From the NCBI GenBank assembly GCA_965198175.1, contig OZ240245.1:960001-1024000 (forward strand): a stretch of DNA of 64,000 nt, written 5' to 3'. This stretch comes from Candidatus Poribacteria bacterium (GTDB lineage: Bacteria > Poribacteria > WGA-4E > PCPOR2b). This document shows positions 10,257-20,039 of the stretch, piece by piece. The number at the start of each line of letters is the position of its first letter. The first letter of the stretch is position 1. Made by a program: the position numbers and the translations under genes. The notes under the pieces were generated by a model. It saw only the letters and a program-made list of their open reading frames with translations, ran no database searches and was not told the DNA's origin.

Positions 10257-10940
10257 ATGTCAGATTCGAGGGATATTGTTCAGGAATATTTGGAAATCGT
10301 TGCAACCGTGAGGGAATTTGTGGAAGATCAGATGGAACTCGGTATTACGGAGCACCTTGAACCCAAAGAACAGACGCCATTCGCCGGTTTTAACCTGAAA
10401 CGGCTGCGTGACGAAGCGATGGGCTGTACGCGCTGCGAATTGCATCAAAACCGTAACACCGTAGTCTTTGGGACAGGTGATGAAAACGCCAAGCTCATGT
10501 TTGTCGGCGAAGCGCCCGGTGCCGATGAAGACCGACAGGGCGAACCCTTTGTCGGTCGAGCCGGGCAACTCCTGACAAAGATTATTGAAGCGGTAGGATA
10601 TGCGCGCGAGGAGGTCTACATTGCGAACGTCATCAAATGCCGTCCACCTGGAAATCGGAACCCAAAGCCCACTGAAGTCGAAACCTGCGAACCGTTTCTC
10701 CTGAAACAGATCGAAATCATCCAACCCAAAGTCATCTGTGCGCTCGGCAGCTTCGCCGCGCAGACCCTACTCCGTACCGATCAGAAGATTTCCGCTCTAC
10801 GCGGTAAATTCCACGATTATCGCGGCGTCAAAGTCATGCCAACCTACCATCCCGCATACCTCCTCCGGAACCCGCACGCAAAACGAGAAGTCTGGGATGA
10901 TATGAAGATGGTAATTGCCGAACTAAAAAAAGACGGCTAA
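10257..10940 (+). CDS. Uracil-DNA glycosylase family 4 (Fe-S)
   Basis: [30 protein letters not shown]. Confidence 0.93.
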   Translation: MSDSRDIVQEYLEIVATVREFVEDQMELGITEHLEPKEQTPFAGFNLKRLRDEAMGCTRCELHQNRNTVVFGTGDENAKLMFVGEAPGADEDRQGEPFVGRAGQLLTKIIEAVGYAREEVYIANVIKCRPPGNRNPKPTEVETCEPFLLKQIEIIQPKVICALGSFAAQTLLRTDQKISALRGKFHDYRGVKVMPTYHPAYLLRNPHAKREVWDDMKMVIAELKKDG

Positions 10941-11188
10941 GAATTCCTCCCCCTTAACAAGCTTACTATTACCTACAAGTCCGGAAAGTCGCACGGAGCC
11001 ACACTGTGGGAGGGAGATCAACTGAGCGAATAGCGAAGGCGATAGTCTTGTCCGACAGTTCTTGTAGGTTGGGTAGAAGGATCAAGCGAACGAATGGTGA
11101 GTGATCAAAGAAGCGAATAGCGACTGCGATAGCTTTAGATGCCTCTCCCACAGTGGACAATCTTTTTCCGTTCATTCAATGTACATTC

Positions 11189-11257
11189 CCCTCCTTACCA
11201 AGGAGGGGTTAGGGTAGGTCGTAGGTTGGGTTTCGCCTTTGGCTCAACCCAACCTAC
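11189..11257. repeat. Composite REP-like element: CCCTCCTTACCAAGGAGGGG hairpin plus GTAGGTTGGG...CCCAACCTAC
   Basis: First hairpin repeated at about 13220-13240; GTAGGTTGG family also at 11064, 13144, 17060-17223 and 47000-47164. Confidence 0.7.
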
Positions 11258-11296
11258 ACGAGCTTTTAACAAAGCCTTCAGAAGAGAAACTTTCAG

Positions 11297-13126
11297 ATGA
11301 AAGTCACACTCTCATCTTTTTCGTCAATTGCCCTCTTCAGTTTATTGCTGTCCAGTTTTGCACAGGAGCCCACTATTCTGAAGCATGGGGATACCGTCCA
11401 CTCGGTAGCATTTTCGCCCCTGGATTCGTCCTTAATTGCCAGTGCCGGTGAGGATAACACCATCAAACTGTGGAATTTGCGGCAGAATAGCGTGAAAACA
11501 CTCAGCAGCCACGAAGGTACGGTCAATTCAGTGGCATTCTCCCCGGACGGCAAATTGCTTGTGAGTGGGAGCGATGATTCCACTGTCAAGACATGGGAAA
11601 TTTCAGGATGGCAACAAATTGCATCCCATGAACCAATGTCATTCCAAGTTCCTTTTCCCGTGACTGAAGTAACCTTCTCGCCCGATGGACAGCTAATCGC
11701 CGTCGCCGGTCAACATGTAATACTGTTCGATGCCATCTATCAGACTGAGATTGCCACACTTCAGCATGGCGCATGGACTTGGTCGGCAGCTTTCTCCCCC
11801 AACGGACAACTTCTCGCCTCTGGAGACCATAACGGAATCGTACGGATTTGGAATGTTCAGCAGCGGCGAATTATCGCTCAACTAGAAGGCCATTCAGCGG
11901 CCGTTGGTTCCGTTAAATTCTCCCCAGATGGCAACACTCTTGTGAGTGCGGGGAATGATGGGCTGATCAAATTGTGGGATGTGCCAAATTGGGAACGCAT
12001 CGGGGCAATACAGAACAATGGAGCAGCCTATACTGTCGATTTTTCTCCGGATGGGAAAACGCTTGCTATCTCAGGATGGGAGGTGAGCCTGTGGTCTGTC
12101 AAGAGTGGGGAAAAGATATCGACAATGTCAGAAGGCTCTGATTGGATTAGGACGGTAGCCTTCTCCCCCGACGGTTCAGCCCTTGCCAGTGGCGGGAGAG
12201 ATGGCACGGTCCGCGTCCGGAATATCAAAACTCTTTTGGCGCGTCAAGGTGGGCGCTATTTGGTGCGCCTAATCTACTTCCTCCCCAGCGACCGCTCACC
12301 TCAGCCCGATATAGACAGGAAATTTGATAAGTTAATAAGGGATGTGCAAAAGGCTTATGCTGGACAGATGGACTATTACGGGTTCGGCTATAAGACCTTC
12401 CGGTTGGAAACCGATGAAGCCGGCGGGGCGGTAGTGCATCTTCTGGAGGGTAAGTTCGTAGATGGGCATTATCATAGCGATACTTGGAACAAAGTCATGG
12501 CTGAAATAAATGATCATTTTGACCGCTCGATAAATATCTACGTTGTGGCTTTAGATGTCGGTAGCAAAAGAATTGGTGATAGCAGCAGTAACGTATGTGG
12601 TCGTGGCGGCCCCGATGGGGCTTTTGGCGGTACTGTGCTCATTCCAGCCTCCGGCGATTGTTTTGACATTGATGTTACGGTTCATGAGCTTGGTCACGCC
12701 TTTGGATTGCAACACGATTTCCGCAATGATTTGAAGCCGTGGGTAGCTTTATACAGTACCGAGCCGATGACTACCTCTATTTGTGCTGCTGAGTGGCTGG
12801 ATGCCCACCGTTACTTCAACACAAGGCATCCGTTTTTCAACCTGCCCGCAACATTTGAGATGCGTCCGCCGGTTGAAGTTCCGCCGAATGCAATTCGACT
12901 TCGATTTGAAGTTTACGATTCCGATGGGCTCCATCAAGCGCAACTGCTTACGCCGGAATTTGAAGATGCAGGTGGTTTAATAGCATGTAGGTTATTAGAA
13001 GGCACAAATAGCACTGTAGAATTTGTCATCCCCAAATCGATGCTGAATAAGAACGGAGAAGTGACGCTTCAGGTTATCGATCTACATGGGCGCTTTTCAG
13101 GACAGACTTTCCATGCCAACCCTTAA
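11297..13126 (+). CDS. Secreted WD40-repeat protein fused to a zinc metallopeptidase domain
   Basis: Signal peptide; about 7 SVAFSPDG...W repeats; HELGHAFGLQH (HExxHxxGxxH). Confidence 0.85.
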   Translation: MKVTLSSFSSIALFSLLLSSFAQEPTILKHGDTVHSVAFSPLDSSLIASAGEDNTIKLWNLRQNSVKTLSSHEGTVNSVAFSPDGKLLVSGSDDSTVKTWEISGWQQIASHEPMSFQVPFPVTEVTFSPDGQLIAVAGQHVILFDAIYQTEIATLQHGAWTWSAAFSPNGQLLASGDHNGIVRIWNVQQRRIIAQLEGHSAAVGSVKFSPDGNTLVSAGNDGLIKLWDVPNWERIGAIQNNGAAYTVDFSPDGKTLAISGWEVSLWSVKSGEKISTMSEGSDWIRTVAFSPDGSALASGGRDGTVRVRNIKTLLARQGGRYLVRLIYFLPSDRSPQPDIDRKFDKLIRDVQKAYAGQMDYYGFGYKTFRLETDEAGGAVVHLLEGKFVDGHYHSDTWNKVMAEINDHFDRSINIYVVALDVGSKRIGDSSSNVCGRGGPDGAFGGTVLIPASGDCFDIDVTVHELGHAFGLQHDFRNDLKPWVALYSTEPMTTSICAAEWLDAHRYFNTRHPFFNLPATFEMRPPVEVPPNAIRLRFEVYDSDGLHQAQLLTPEFEDAGGLIACRLLEGTNSTVEFVIPKSMLNKNGEVTLQVIDLHGRFSGQTFHANP

Positions 13127-13828
13127 GAAGCCCCTAAGTTCTTGTAGGTTGGGATCAAGTGAGCGAATGGATCAAGCGGCTGTATAAGTAGTGCGATAGT
13201 GGTATTTACAATCTTCATTCCCCTCCTTACCAAGGAGGGGTTAGGGGAGGTTATGGATTGGGTTGAGCAATCAACCGACCGAATAGGGAGGGCGATAGTC
13301 TTCACTAGTCTTCTCCGAATCCCAACGATTAAGCGAAATTCTGTGTTTTCAGATAGCGCGATTTGAAAAAGCGTTCAGGCGAAAAGGTTCGTTATTCACA
13401 CCACCACGGAGGCGTCTTAGAGAAATGTTTAACAAACCCAATCGGGTATGTAATTTTTAATTGTGGATTCTGTGAAAATTTCATAGTTTTCATAGTTGTC
13501 CGACGTATCGTGAGATTTTGATTAAATCCAAAAGGGGCGTGAATTCAGTCTTTCACTGATCTTCGGGAAGTTAGCATCGAAGTGACCGATGAGTTAACTA
13601 TGAAAATTTAGTGTTATTTGCAATGGCGGAAGACAATGACTACAGGATAGACGAAAACCCATCTGCACGCAGTATTATTGGGGGATGTAAATCAAGAAGA
13701 ATTCATGTAGATTTGATTTTGCGGCGGAACGTATCGTCGGGTATCCAGAATTCGCCCCATGTAGGAGCGATCTCCGAATCGCGACACATGTTCATCGCGC
13801 GCCACGGCACTTCACTCCCACTTGTGCA

Positions 13829-13900
13829 TTTTCACCTAAACGATTTTAAAATTTGCGGTTGACATACAGCCAATATTCTCGTAATATATTAAGTGAATAT
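13829..13900 (+). promoter_or_regulatory. Sigma70-like promoter within an about 70-bp direct repeat (second copy about 14704-14775)
   Basis: TTGACA-N17-TAATAT at 13859-13887; TTTCACCTAAAC..TTTAAAATTTGCGG.TGACA.ACAGCCAA is duplicated. Confidence 0.55.
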
Positions 13901-14030
13901 ACGTATAGCATTTAGATTGTATGTTGGGTTTTACAAAGTGAAACCCTACCAACAGGAACTGTGCCCAGCTTTTGCTGACCACTGGTGGCTAGCCACTGGT
14001 CACTGCTTCCAAACTAAGGAGGAATTTTCC

Positions 14031-14621
14031 ATGAAGACGAAACACTATCTGGTTATAAGCGGAATTATTGGTGGAGTCATAGGAAGTTTCCTGACGACGT
14101 TGCTGGTTTCACCAGTAACGGCGCAAAAGGATAAGTTTAGTGCAATTGAGTGTAGGAGTTTAACGATTGTGGATGAATCGGGTATAGCAAGAATTATACT
14201 TACTACCGATTACGATGACATGTTCAAGCCAGGGATTGTAAAAATCATTGGTAGCAAATTTGGCGGGGGTTCTGTCTTACTCTATAATAGATATGAAAGC
14301 ACGGATGCCATTCCGACGGTGCATCTCGGCAACGATAACGACGGCGGATTTGTCAGCGTCAATGGAACAGATTTTTATCACCGTACCGAGCTCCCTAACG
14401 ACATGTTAATTCCAGCAATGGCAAAGCTTTACGTTGGTCCAAAAGGCGGGCTTGTTAAAGTCAATAACAAACATGCGCTTAGCAAAATCGAGGGTTCTCC
14501 CGACAAGGGTTGGCATTTTGCCGATAAAGGAAACATGTCTAGCGCGTTATTCGGTGCCAATGAAGGCGGCGGATTTGTTTTTACAAAGGACAAATCCGGA
14601 CAAGTAAAAATCCTTGACTAG
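14031..14621 (+). CDS. Hypothetical membrane-anchored/secreted protein, VTAQ-IEC repeat family member 1
   Basis: AAGGAGG RBS before ATG 14031; YLVISGIIGG..PVTAQ.DKF..IEC shared with four paralogs in the window. Confidence 0.75.
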   Translation: MKTKHYLVISGIIGGVIGSFLTTLLVSPVTAQKDKFSAIECRSLTIVDESGIARIILTTDYDDMFKPGIVKIIGSKFGGGSVLLYNRYESTDAIPTVHLGNDNDGGFVSVNGTDFYHRTELPNDMLIPAMAKLYVGPKGGLVKVNNKHALSKIEGSPDKGWHFADKGNMSSALFGANEGGGFVFTKDKSGQVKILD

Positions 14622-14940
14622 TCAAAAACTAAAGCCTTTTTTCTCCATTTTCCAATTACCACGGACCACTCATAACTCTCCACTGCTTTTCCCACGGGTA
14701 CTGTTTCACCTAAACAACTTTAAAATTTGCGGCTGACAGACAGCCAACTTTCCCGCATTATATTAGCGGCATACATGCGTTAGTTCGTCAAAACCGCTCA
14801 ACCCAACGTACAAGAGTTGTTTATATTGAAAGTTCGTGTTCTTGCCATTAATGGTGATTTGGGGTAGGATGTGGGCAACAAATTATGTCAATTCATGAAC
14901 ACGTCGCTTTCAGGTCACACACTAAACAAGGGCGAGTAGA

Positions 14941-15834
14941 ATGACACAAGAGGAAACGGCAGAAATAGAACAACAGAGTAACGACAACGATCGCCGCCTA
15001 GCTAAGCGCGGCTATATTATCATTGGTGGATTCATCGCTCTATTTGTTATTTTGGCGATTGTAATGAACATAAATGACACACCGAGAGATCCGGCGGCCG
15101 AAGCGAGCAAAAAGCCGCCAGCGAAACGAGCGATAGAGCATTACCGCGCTGAAGAATATGCGGAAGCAATTCAGGCGTACGATGAAGCGATACGGAAAGC
15201 CTCAACAGATGAGGATAAAAGTGATCTGTATATCTGGCGGGGGCACGCAAAATTCAAGCTGGAACATTATGAGGCAGCGGTGTTCGATTTTGGCGAAGTG
15301 ATTCATCTGCAATCAGAACTCTTGTCCTCCACTACTAGCGGATGGGAATCTGCAAACGCTCATTATTGGACCGGGCGGGCGAATACTGAAATGGAAGAGT
15401 ATTCCGTTGCGATTGCAGACTTCACTACAGCAATAAAAGAGCACCCAGATGCGGATATGTACCTGTGGCGAGGGCATGCAAAATTAAAGGAGGTGAGATC
15501 GTCTTCTTATACGGGATTAAAGGAGGCAGGCTATGCCCTCGCGATGGTCGATTTAACCGAAGCGATACGGCGCGAACCGGATCGGGCGTGGGCTTATCAG
15601 CTACGGGGCGTTTCCAAAGCGTGGTTAGGTCAACGGGAAGCGGCAATCTACGATTTCAGCGAGGCGATACAACTCAACGGCGATTACGCATGGGCTTATT
15701 ACACAAGGGGCGAAAACAACAAGAAGTTAGGGCGGAGCGATGATGCGAAGAAAGATTTCGATAAAGCGATGGAGCTAGCGGAAGAGAAAGGCAATACAGA
15801 CTTGCAGAACAACATTCGAAGAGCACGGCAGTGA
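14941..15834 (+). CDS. Membrane-anchored tetratricopeptide-repeat protein
   Basis: N-terminal TM; repeated Y.WRG.AK...Y..AI.DF..AI TPR units. Confidence 0.85.
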   Translation: MTQEETAEIEQQSNDNDRRLAKRGYIIIGGFIALFVILAIVMNINDTPRDPAAEASKKPPAKRAIEHYRAEEYAEAIQAYDEAIRKASTDEDKSDLYIWRGHAKFKLEHYEAAVFDFGEVIHLQSELLSSTTSGWESANAHYWTGRANTEMEEYSVAIADFTTAIKEHPDADMYLWRGHAKLKEVRSSSYTGLKEAGYALAMVDLTEAIRREPDRAWAYQLRGVSKAWLGQREAAIYDFSEAIQLNGDYAWAYYTRGENNKKLGRSDDAKKDFDKAMELAEEKGNTDLQNNIRRARQ

Positions 15835-16280
15835 CAGGCGGTTGGAAGACGACGCATGTTTACAAGGCGGGTATATGCTCGGACGAGAGATACCGTAGTC
15901 GCGGTGGATACTCTGAGGGAGATTACCAGACAGACTAGGCGTTACACACAATTTAGCACGGTGTTCAGTAGTTTCGGTCAGGACGTGTCAAACGGCTCTC
16001 ATTTATTGCCCGTAAGTTTTTGTAGGTGGAGTTGAGCAATCAACTGACCGACTAGGATCAACCGAGTGAATAACGAGGGATCAAGCGAACGAATAGTGAG
16101 TGCGATAGTCTTAATTTCCAGAACCGTTGACGATTGCGGATCTGCCCTTTAAGGTCACCGACTTACAGATGCATGTAGTGAAACCCAACTCTTGACAATC
16201 TATTTTGCCCTGAAAGGCTACTGTTCAAACTGTTCAGCCGAATCTAAATCGCTTCCTGCGCATGTTCTGAACATAGCGTA

Positions 16281-16309
16281 TTGACGCAGTCTGCTAGTTG
16301 TGTTACAAT
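16281..16309 (+). promoter_or_regulatory. Sigma70-like promoter
   Basis: TTGACG-N17-TACAAT with TG extension. Confidence 0.55.
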
Positions 16310-16400
16310 CTGCCTGCTAAGGAAAAATCGGCTGACTCTTGTAGACTTTCATCGCTGGGCAAAGAGACAGTCTGAATTGCAAAGAATTTAGGAGGAAGAT

Positions 16401-17099
16401 GTGTCCCGTTTTATTCTGATTATATGCGCAGTTGCTTTTCTCGTAAGCGCACAAGCGCTTGCACAGGAATTGGAAGATGTCGTTTATTTGAAAAATGGAG
16501 GCATTGTTCGTGGAACGGTCATCGAGCAGATTCCGGATAAATCGCTGAAGATAGCAAGATTTGACGGCAAAGTGTTCCGCTACAAGATGAATGAGATTGA
16601 CAAAATTACCAAGGAGACCGTAGTTGGAACTCGCACTCTCGCCAAAAAGAAAAATCCCATGGTAGCTCTCGGTCTTTCGTTTCCAATGATTGGAGCTGGA
16701 CAATTCTACAACGGGCAGTATACAAAGGGAGTAATCCAACTCGGTGCCACAATAGTAGGATTGGGGTTTACACTGAGTGCTAGCGGCGATAACTATGACT
16801 TGGCGGACGAAGCTGGTAACGTTGACGCAGATGGTGATGACTGGATGAGTGTTCCTGGATATCTACTATTGTTCGGCGGGGCTATCTGGTCGCTGATTGA
16901 CGCGCCGATGTCAGCCAACAGAATCAACCAGCAGAATCAGGCCTCCTCTTATGGACACCTGTTTCAGCTTGACGGTGACCGGCGCCATGCTAGGCATCTA
17001 TCCTATTGCATCGCGCAAAGGATTAGGTACTCTACTGACGCTCCGGTTTTAGAGTGCTATAGGTTGGGTCGAACAGAAAAAAAGCGAATTCTATTGTAG
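16401..17099 (+). CDS. Hypothetical secreted/membrane protein, probable frameshift near the 3' end
   Basis: AGGAGG RBS, signal peptide, DVVYLKNG module, KKNP...GAGQFYNGQY.KG motif; alternative frame ends LTLRF at 17052. Confidence 0.7.
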   Translation: MSRFILIICAVAFLVSAQALAQELEDVVYLKNGGIVRGTVIEQIPDKSLKIARFDGKVFRYKMNEIDKITKETVVGTRTLAKKKNPMVALGLSFPMIGAGQFYNGQYTKGVIQLGATIVGLGFTLSASGDNYDLADEAGNVDADGDDWMSVPGYLLLFGGAIWSLIDAPMSANRINQQNQASSYGHLFQLDGDRRHARHLSYCIAQRIRYSTDAPVLECYRLGRTEKKRILL

Positions 17100-17257
17100 C
17101 CAATGAAAATACTGCTTTTCAACAACGCGGTCCTACGAATAGAGTAAAATCTCCGTAGAATCGAACCTCGCAATTCAAATGTAAACTTTGGCATTTCTCA
17201 CTAGTTCCGTTCAACCAACCTACTTTCAACTGTTGGAAATTATGGTGTCAGCAAACC

Positions 17258-17287
17258 TTGACGGGCATTCGAACGTTAAAGTATAAT
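17258..17287 (+). promoter_or_regulatory. Sigma70-like promoter of the TIGR04255 operon
   Basis: TTGACG-N18-TATAAT. Confidence 0.55.
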
Positions 17288-17428
17288 GATACGTACGAGC
17301 GGCGGTTCTCTTTGCCAATCGCTCTTATTCAATCCATCAGACCTCGCGGGTAGTCGACAGACTGAAAGCCACCTTGTGGGAACTAACGGCAAAGCGAATA
17401 TACAATGAACGCAACAGGACAACGAACT

Positions 17429-18202
17429 ATGAAATATCAGAACCCGCCCATCAATGAAATTGTTTGCGGTATCCTTTTCGATTCAATAAAGGGATTACAA
17501 ACGGGACATTTCGGCATACTTTGGGAGAAATTCAGACCTGATTTTTCTGGAATTGAAGATCAGAACCCGCTCGCTCCGATATCGGAAGAAGATTTGAATA
17601 ATCAGACTAAACTTCCACTGCCTCGAGTTTGGTTCGTACACAAAGACGAAAACGAAATCATTCAAATGCAGTTCAATCGTTTCTTGCATAATTGGCGCAG
17701 AAGAAGACCCAATGATGAATATCCGGGCTATGAAACAGTCATAGAAAGCTTTGAGAATTATCTGTCTCGTTTTCAGGAGTTTCTCGCCGAGGAAAAGTTG
17801 GGAGATCTCGTACCAACTCGATATGAGATAACATATATCGACCACATATTAGAAAATGAAGGTTGGGAGACTCTTAATAATCTAGAAAAAGTCTTTCCTA
17901 GTTTTACCTCACTAATGGACCAGAGTATACTTTCAACCGATGTAAGAGAGATTGACTGGCAGATGGTGTTCGGGCTCCCGAATGATCTTGGGCAATTACA
18001 GTTGTCAATTCGAAGTGCTCGACGAGTCTTCGACAACCGTCTGCTTCTTCGTGTTGAATTCACCGCACATAGCAGCCAACCGTATGAACCGATGCGAAAT
18101 TGGTTTAATTCTACTCATGAGGTAATTCTAGAACTTTTCTCCAATCTAATAAGTGAGGAAATTCAAGAACAGTTCTGGGGGAGAAAGTCATGCCCGCCGT
18201 AA
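17429..18202 (+). CDS. TIGR04255-family protein (SecB-like fold proposed)
   Basis: YQNPPINEIVCGILF start, PRVWF...IQMQFNRFLHNWR, YPGYE, YEITYID pattern. Confidence 0.75.
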   Translation: MKYQNPPINEIVCGILFDSIKGLQTGHFGILWEKFRPDFSGIEDQNPLAPISEEDLNNQTKLPLPRVWFVHKDENEIIQMQFNRFLHNWRRRRPNDEYPGYETVIESFENYLSRFQEFLAEEKLGDLVPTRYEITYIDHILENEGWETLNNLEKVFPSFTSLMDQSILSTDVREIDWQMVFGLPNDLGQLQLSIRSARRVFDNRLLLRVEFTAHSSQPYEPMRNWFNSTHEVILELFSNLISEEIQEQFWGRKSCPP

Positions 18203-18873
18203 GCAACGCAGCTACCAACGACCGAGACATTGCGTACTATCCATTGTCCTTGGAAGAAGACATGGAACCCAAACTTTTTGAAAAGGACAAAGGGGCATCG
18301 GTCAGACTCAAGTATGGAATTTGGTTTGGAATCGATCAAGAAGATATCAGTGGCGAAGAGGGCATTCAAAGACGTGAGCTATTAGCTCAATTTGATGCCA
18401 GAGTCCAATGGAAAACCAGCAGGGCATTCTATACTCTTTCTTCGAGGACAGAATCTCCAATTACCGATGTGGGTTTGGAGCGCATTGACAAGAATACCCT
18501 CTTGGACTTCCAAAGACGTCAGATATCAGAGCAATTTGATGTTATTGCTCAACGGGAAGACAACTGGGATGAGTATGAATCGAAAAAGCCAAACAAATTA
18601 AGCTTTAATCACGCAAAGCACTTCATGGAAGTATTTCTTGATACCGTCGTTTCTGAAGGATATTCGTGGCTCACACCGTTAATTTCCAGCGATGAGGACG
18701 GCAATATATCTGTAGAATGGTACGGGGAAGAACGTCAACTACATCTTCAAATCGAAGCAAATGCAGTGGTGTATATTCAGGTGTGGGGACCGAATATTGA
18801 GACCGAGATGAACGTAGACGTGCTTCACAGGAAGGACTATCTCACGATTTGGAAATGGTTACTTTATGGATAA
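18190..18873 (+). CDS. Hypothetical protein (NWD.Y...P.I....DG.I..EW C-terminal domain)
   Basis: Overlaps both neighbours; C-terminal motif pattern recalled from genes next to TIGR04255. Confidence 0.65.
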   Translation: MPAVSNAATNDRDIAYYPLSLEEDMEPKLFEKDKGASVRLKYGIWFGIDQEDISGEEGIQRRELLAQFDARVQWKTSRAFYTLSSRTESPITDVGLERIDKNTLLDFQRRQISEQFDVIAQREDNWDEYESKKPNKLSFNHAKHFMEVFLDTVVSEGYSWLTPLISSDEDGNISVEWYGEERQLHLQIEANAVVYIQVWGPNIETEMNVDVLHRKDYLTIWKWLLYG

Positions 18874-19324
18874 AAATGACTACGTGAGAGATAATGAAGA
18901 ACTATATCGCAGCATACGAGCCAAATTAGAAGAAAAAGAGTATATTCTCAACGAAGGAAAGCTTAGAATTCTTCCTAACGCTTTTAGTGATAAGCATCGA
19001 AAGCCCTCCGTAGACAGAGCAAAACTTAGAGACAATCCCTCTCTTTCTCGGTTAAATGAAACCGATGGCATTGTTAGCCTGATAGCTGGTGATGTTCGCG
19101 CATTAGCGGCGGTAGAAACAAAAACCGAAGACAAAGGGATTGTTCACGCCGTGGATGTTATCTATGACCCTACTCCAGAAAATCCTGCCCATTCACACAT
19201 TGCCATAACTCCTGAATTCTTTGGATCAACAAACAAGCAAAAGTACGCATTTCGCTTACTAAGGATTGCTCTCGCCGAGCTTGCCACGAAAAACGGATGG
19301 ACATTACGACCCGGGGGAGAGTAA
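18866..19324 (+). CDS. Hypothetical protein, possible ADP-ribosyltransferase/RES-like fold
   Basis: LYR ... AF ... PSVDR ... DP...NPAHSHI; overlaps upstream gene. Confidence 0.6.
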   Translation: MDKNDYVRDNEELYRSIRAKLEEKEYILNEGKLRILPNAFSDKHRKPSVDRAKLRDNPSLSRLNETDGIVSLIAGDVRALAAVETKTEDKGIVHAVDVIYDPTPENPAHSHIAITPEFFGSTNKQKYAFRLLRIALAELATKNGWTLRPGGE

Positions 19325-19546
19325 GCATAACAATCCCTAGTCCAAATAGTTCGCTTCTGAACCGACGCATTCCGCCAACATCCCAGCACTGGGATTCGCC
19401 CGTCAAGCCATACCGCCATCCCATCAACAACTTTCTTTTACACCGTCTTTGCATTTCGGAGTACCGCGGAATGCAGGAAACCTTTCGTCCCTTGGCTCAC
19501 ATCAGCAAGCGGCGTGCGCCTTTTCGCTTCTGACTTTACAATCAGA

Positions 19547-19918
19547 TTATCGCCGGATTGTAAAGCTCCCAAACTTATCAGCCGTCCCGACACGCCCGGT
19601 ATGACCATCGGTAAAGAGAAACGCCCTCGTTTGGCCATCTTTGCCAACGGCAGCGACGCGTCCCCCAGTTTCTCCTATGCGGAGAGATGCCTCCGAATGC
19701 CCATTCTTGCCATGCGCCGTGACAACCCCACCCTGCTCATCCGTGGTGATTGTCACTCGCACTGTCCCTTCCGCATCAACGACCTCTAACCTAGAACACT
19801 GTATCGTTTCCATCGCTTTTTGCGCTGTTACTGGCGACAACAGCATCCCGATGACGGCACATAGGAGGCCGAATGTTGCATAGACCAACTTAATTTGCCA
19901 GTGCTGACTGCTAAACAT
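19547..19918 (-). CDS. VTAQ-IEC repeat family member 2 (short)
   Basis: GGAGG RBS; SPVTAQ..IQCSRLEVVD; DEQGGVV/GETGGRV repeats. Confidence 0.7.
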   Translation of the reverse strand: MFSSQHWQIKLVYATFGLLCAVIGMLLSPVTAQKAMETIQCSRLEVVDAEGTVRVTITTDEQGGVVTAHGKNGHSEASLRIGETGGRVAAVGKDGQTRAFLFTDGHTGRVGTADKFGSFTIRR

Positions 19919-20039
19919 TGTGTTACCTCCTCTATTTCTGTTAGAGATTAAAACCTAAAAAACTTCTCAGTACCAGACGCCTGCGACCAGTGAGTACGTC
20001 TTTACTGACCACTCGCCCCTAACCACTAGCCACTGCTTT

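Noticed and set aside
13478..13498. TTTCATAGT tandem direct repeat as an operator
   Set aside because: Only two 9-nt copies in AT-rich DNA with no linked regulator
13611..13862. 83-aa ORF upstream of 14031
   Set aside because: Runs through a REP and a promoter repeat; no recognisable protein features
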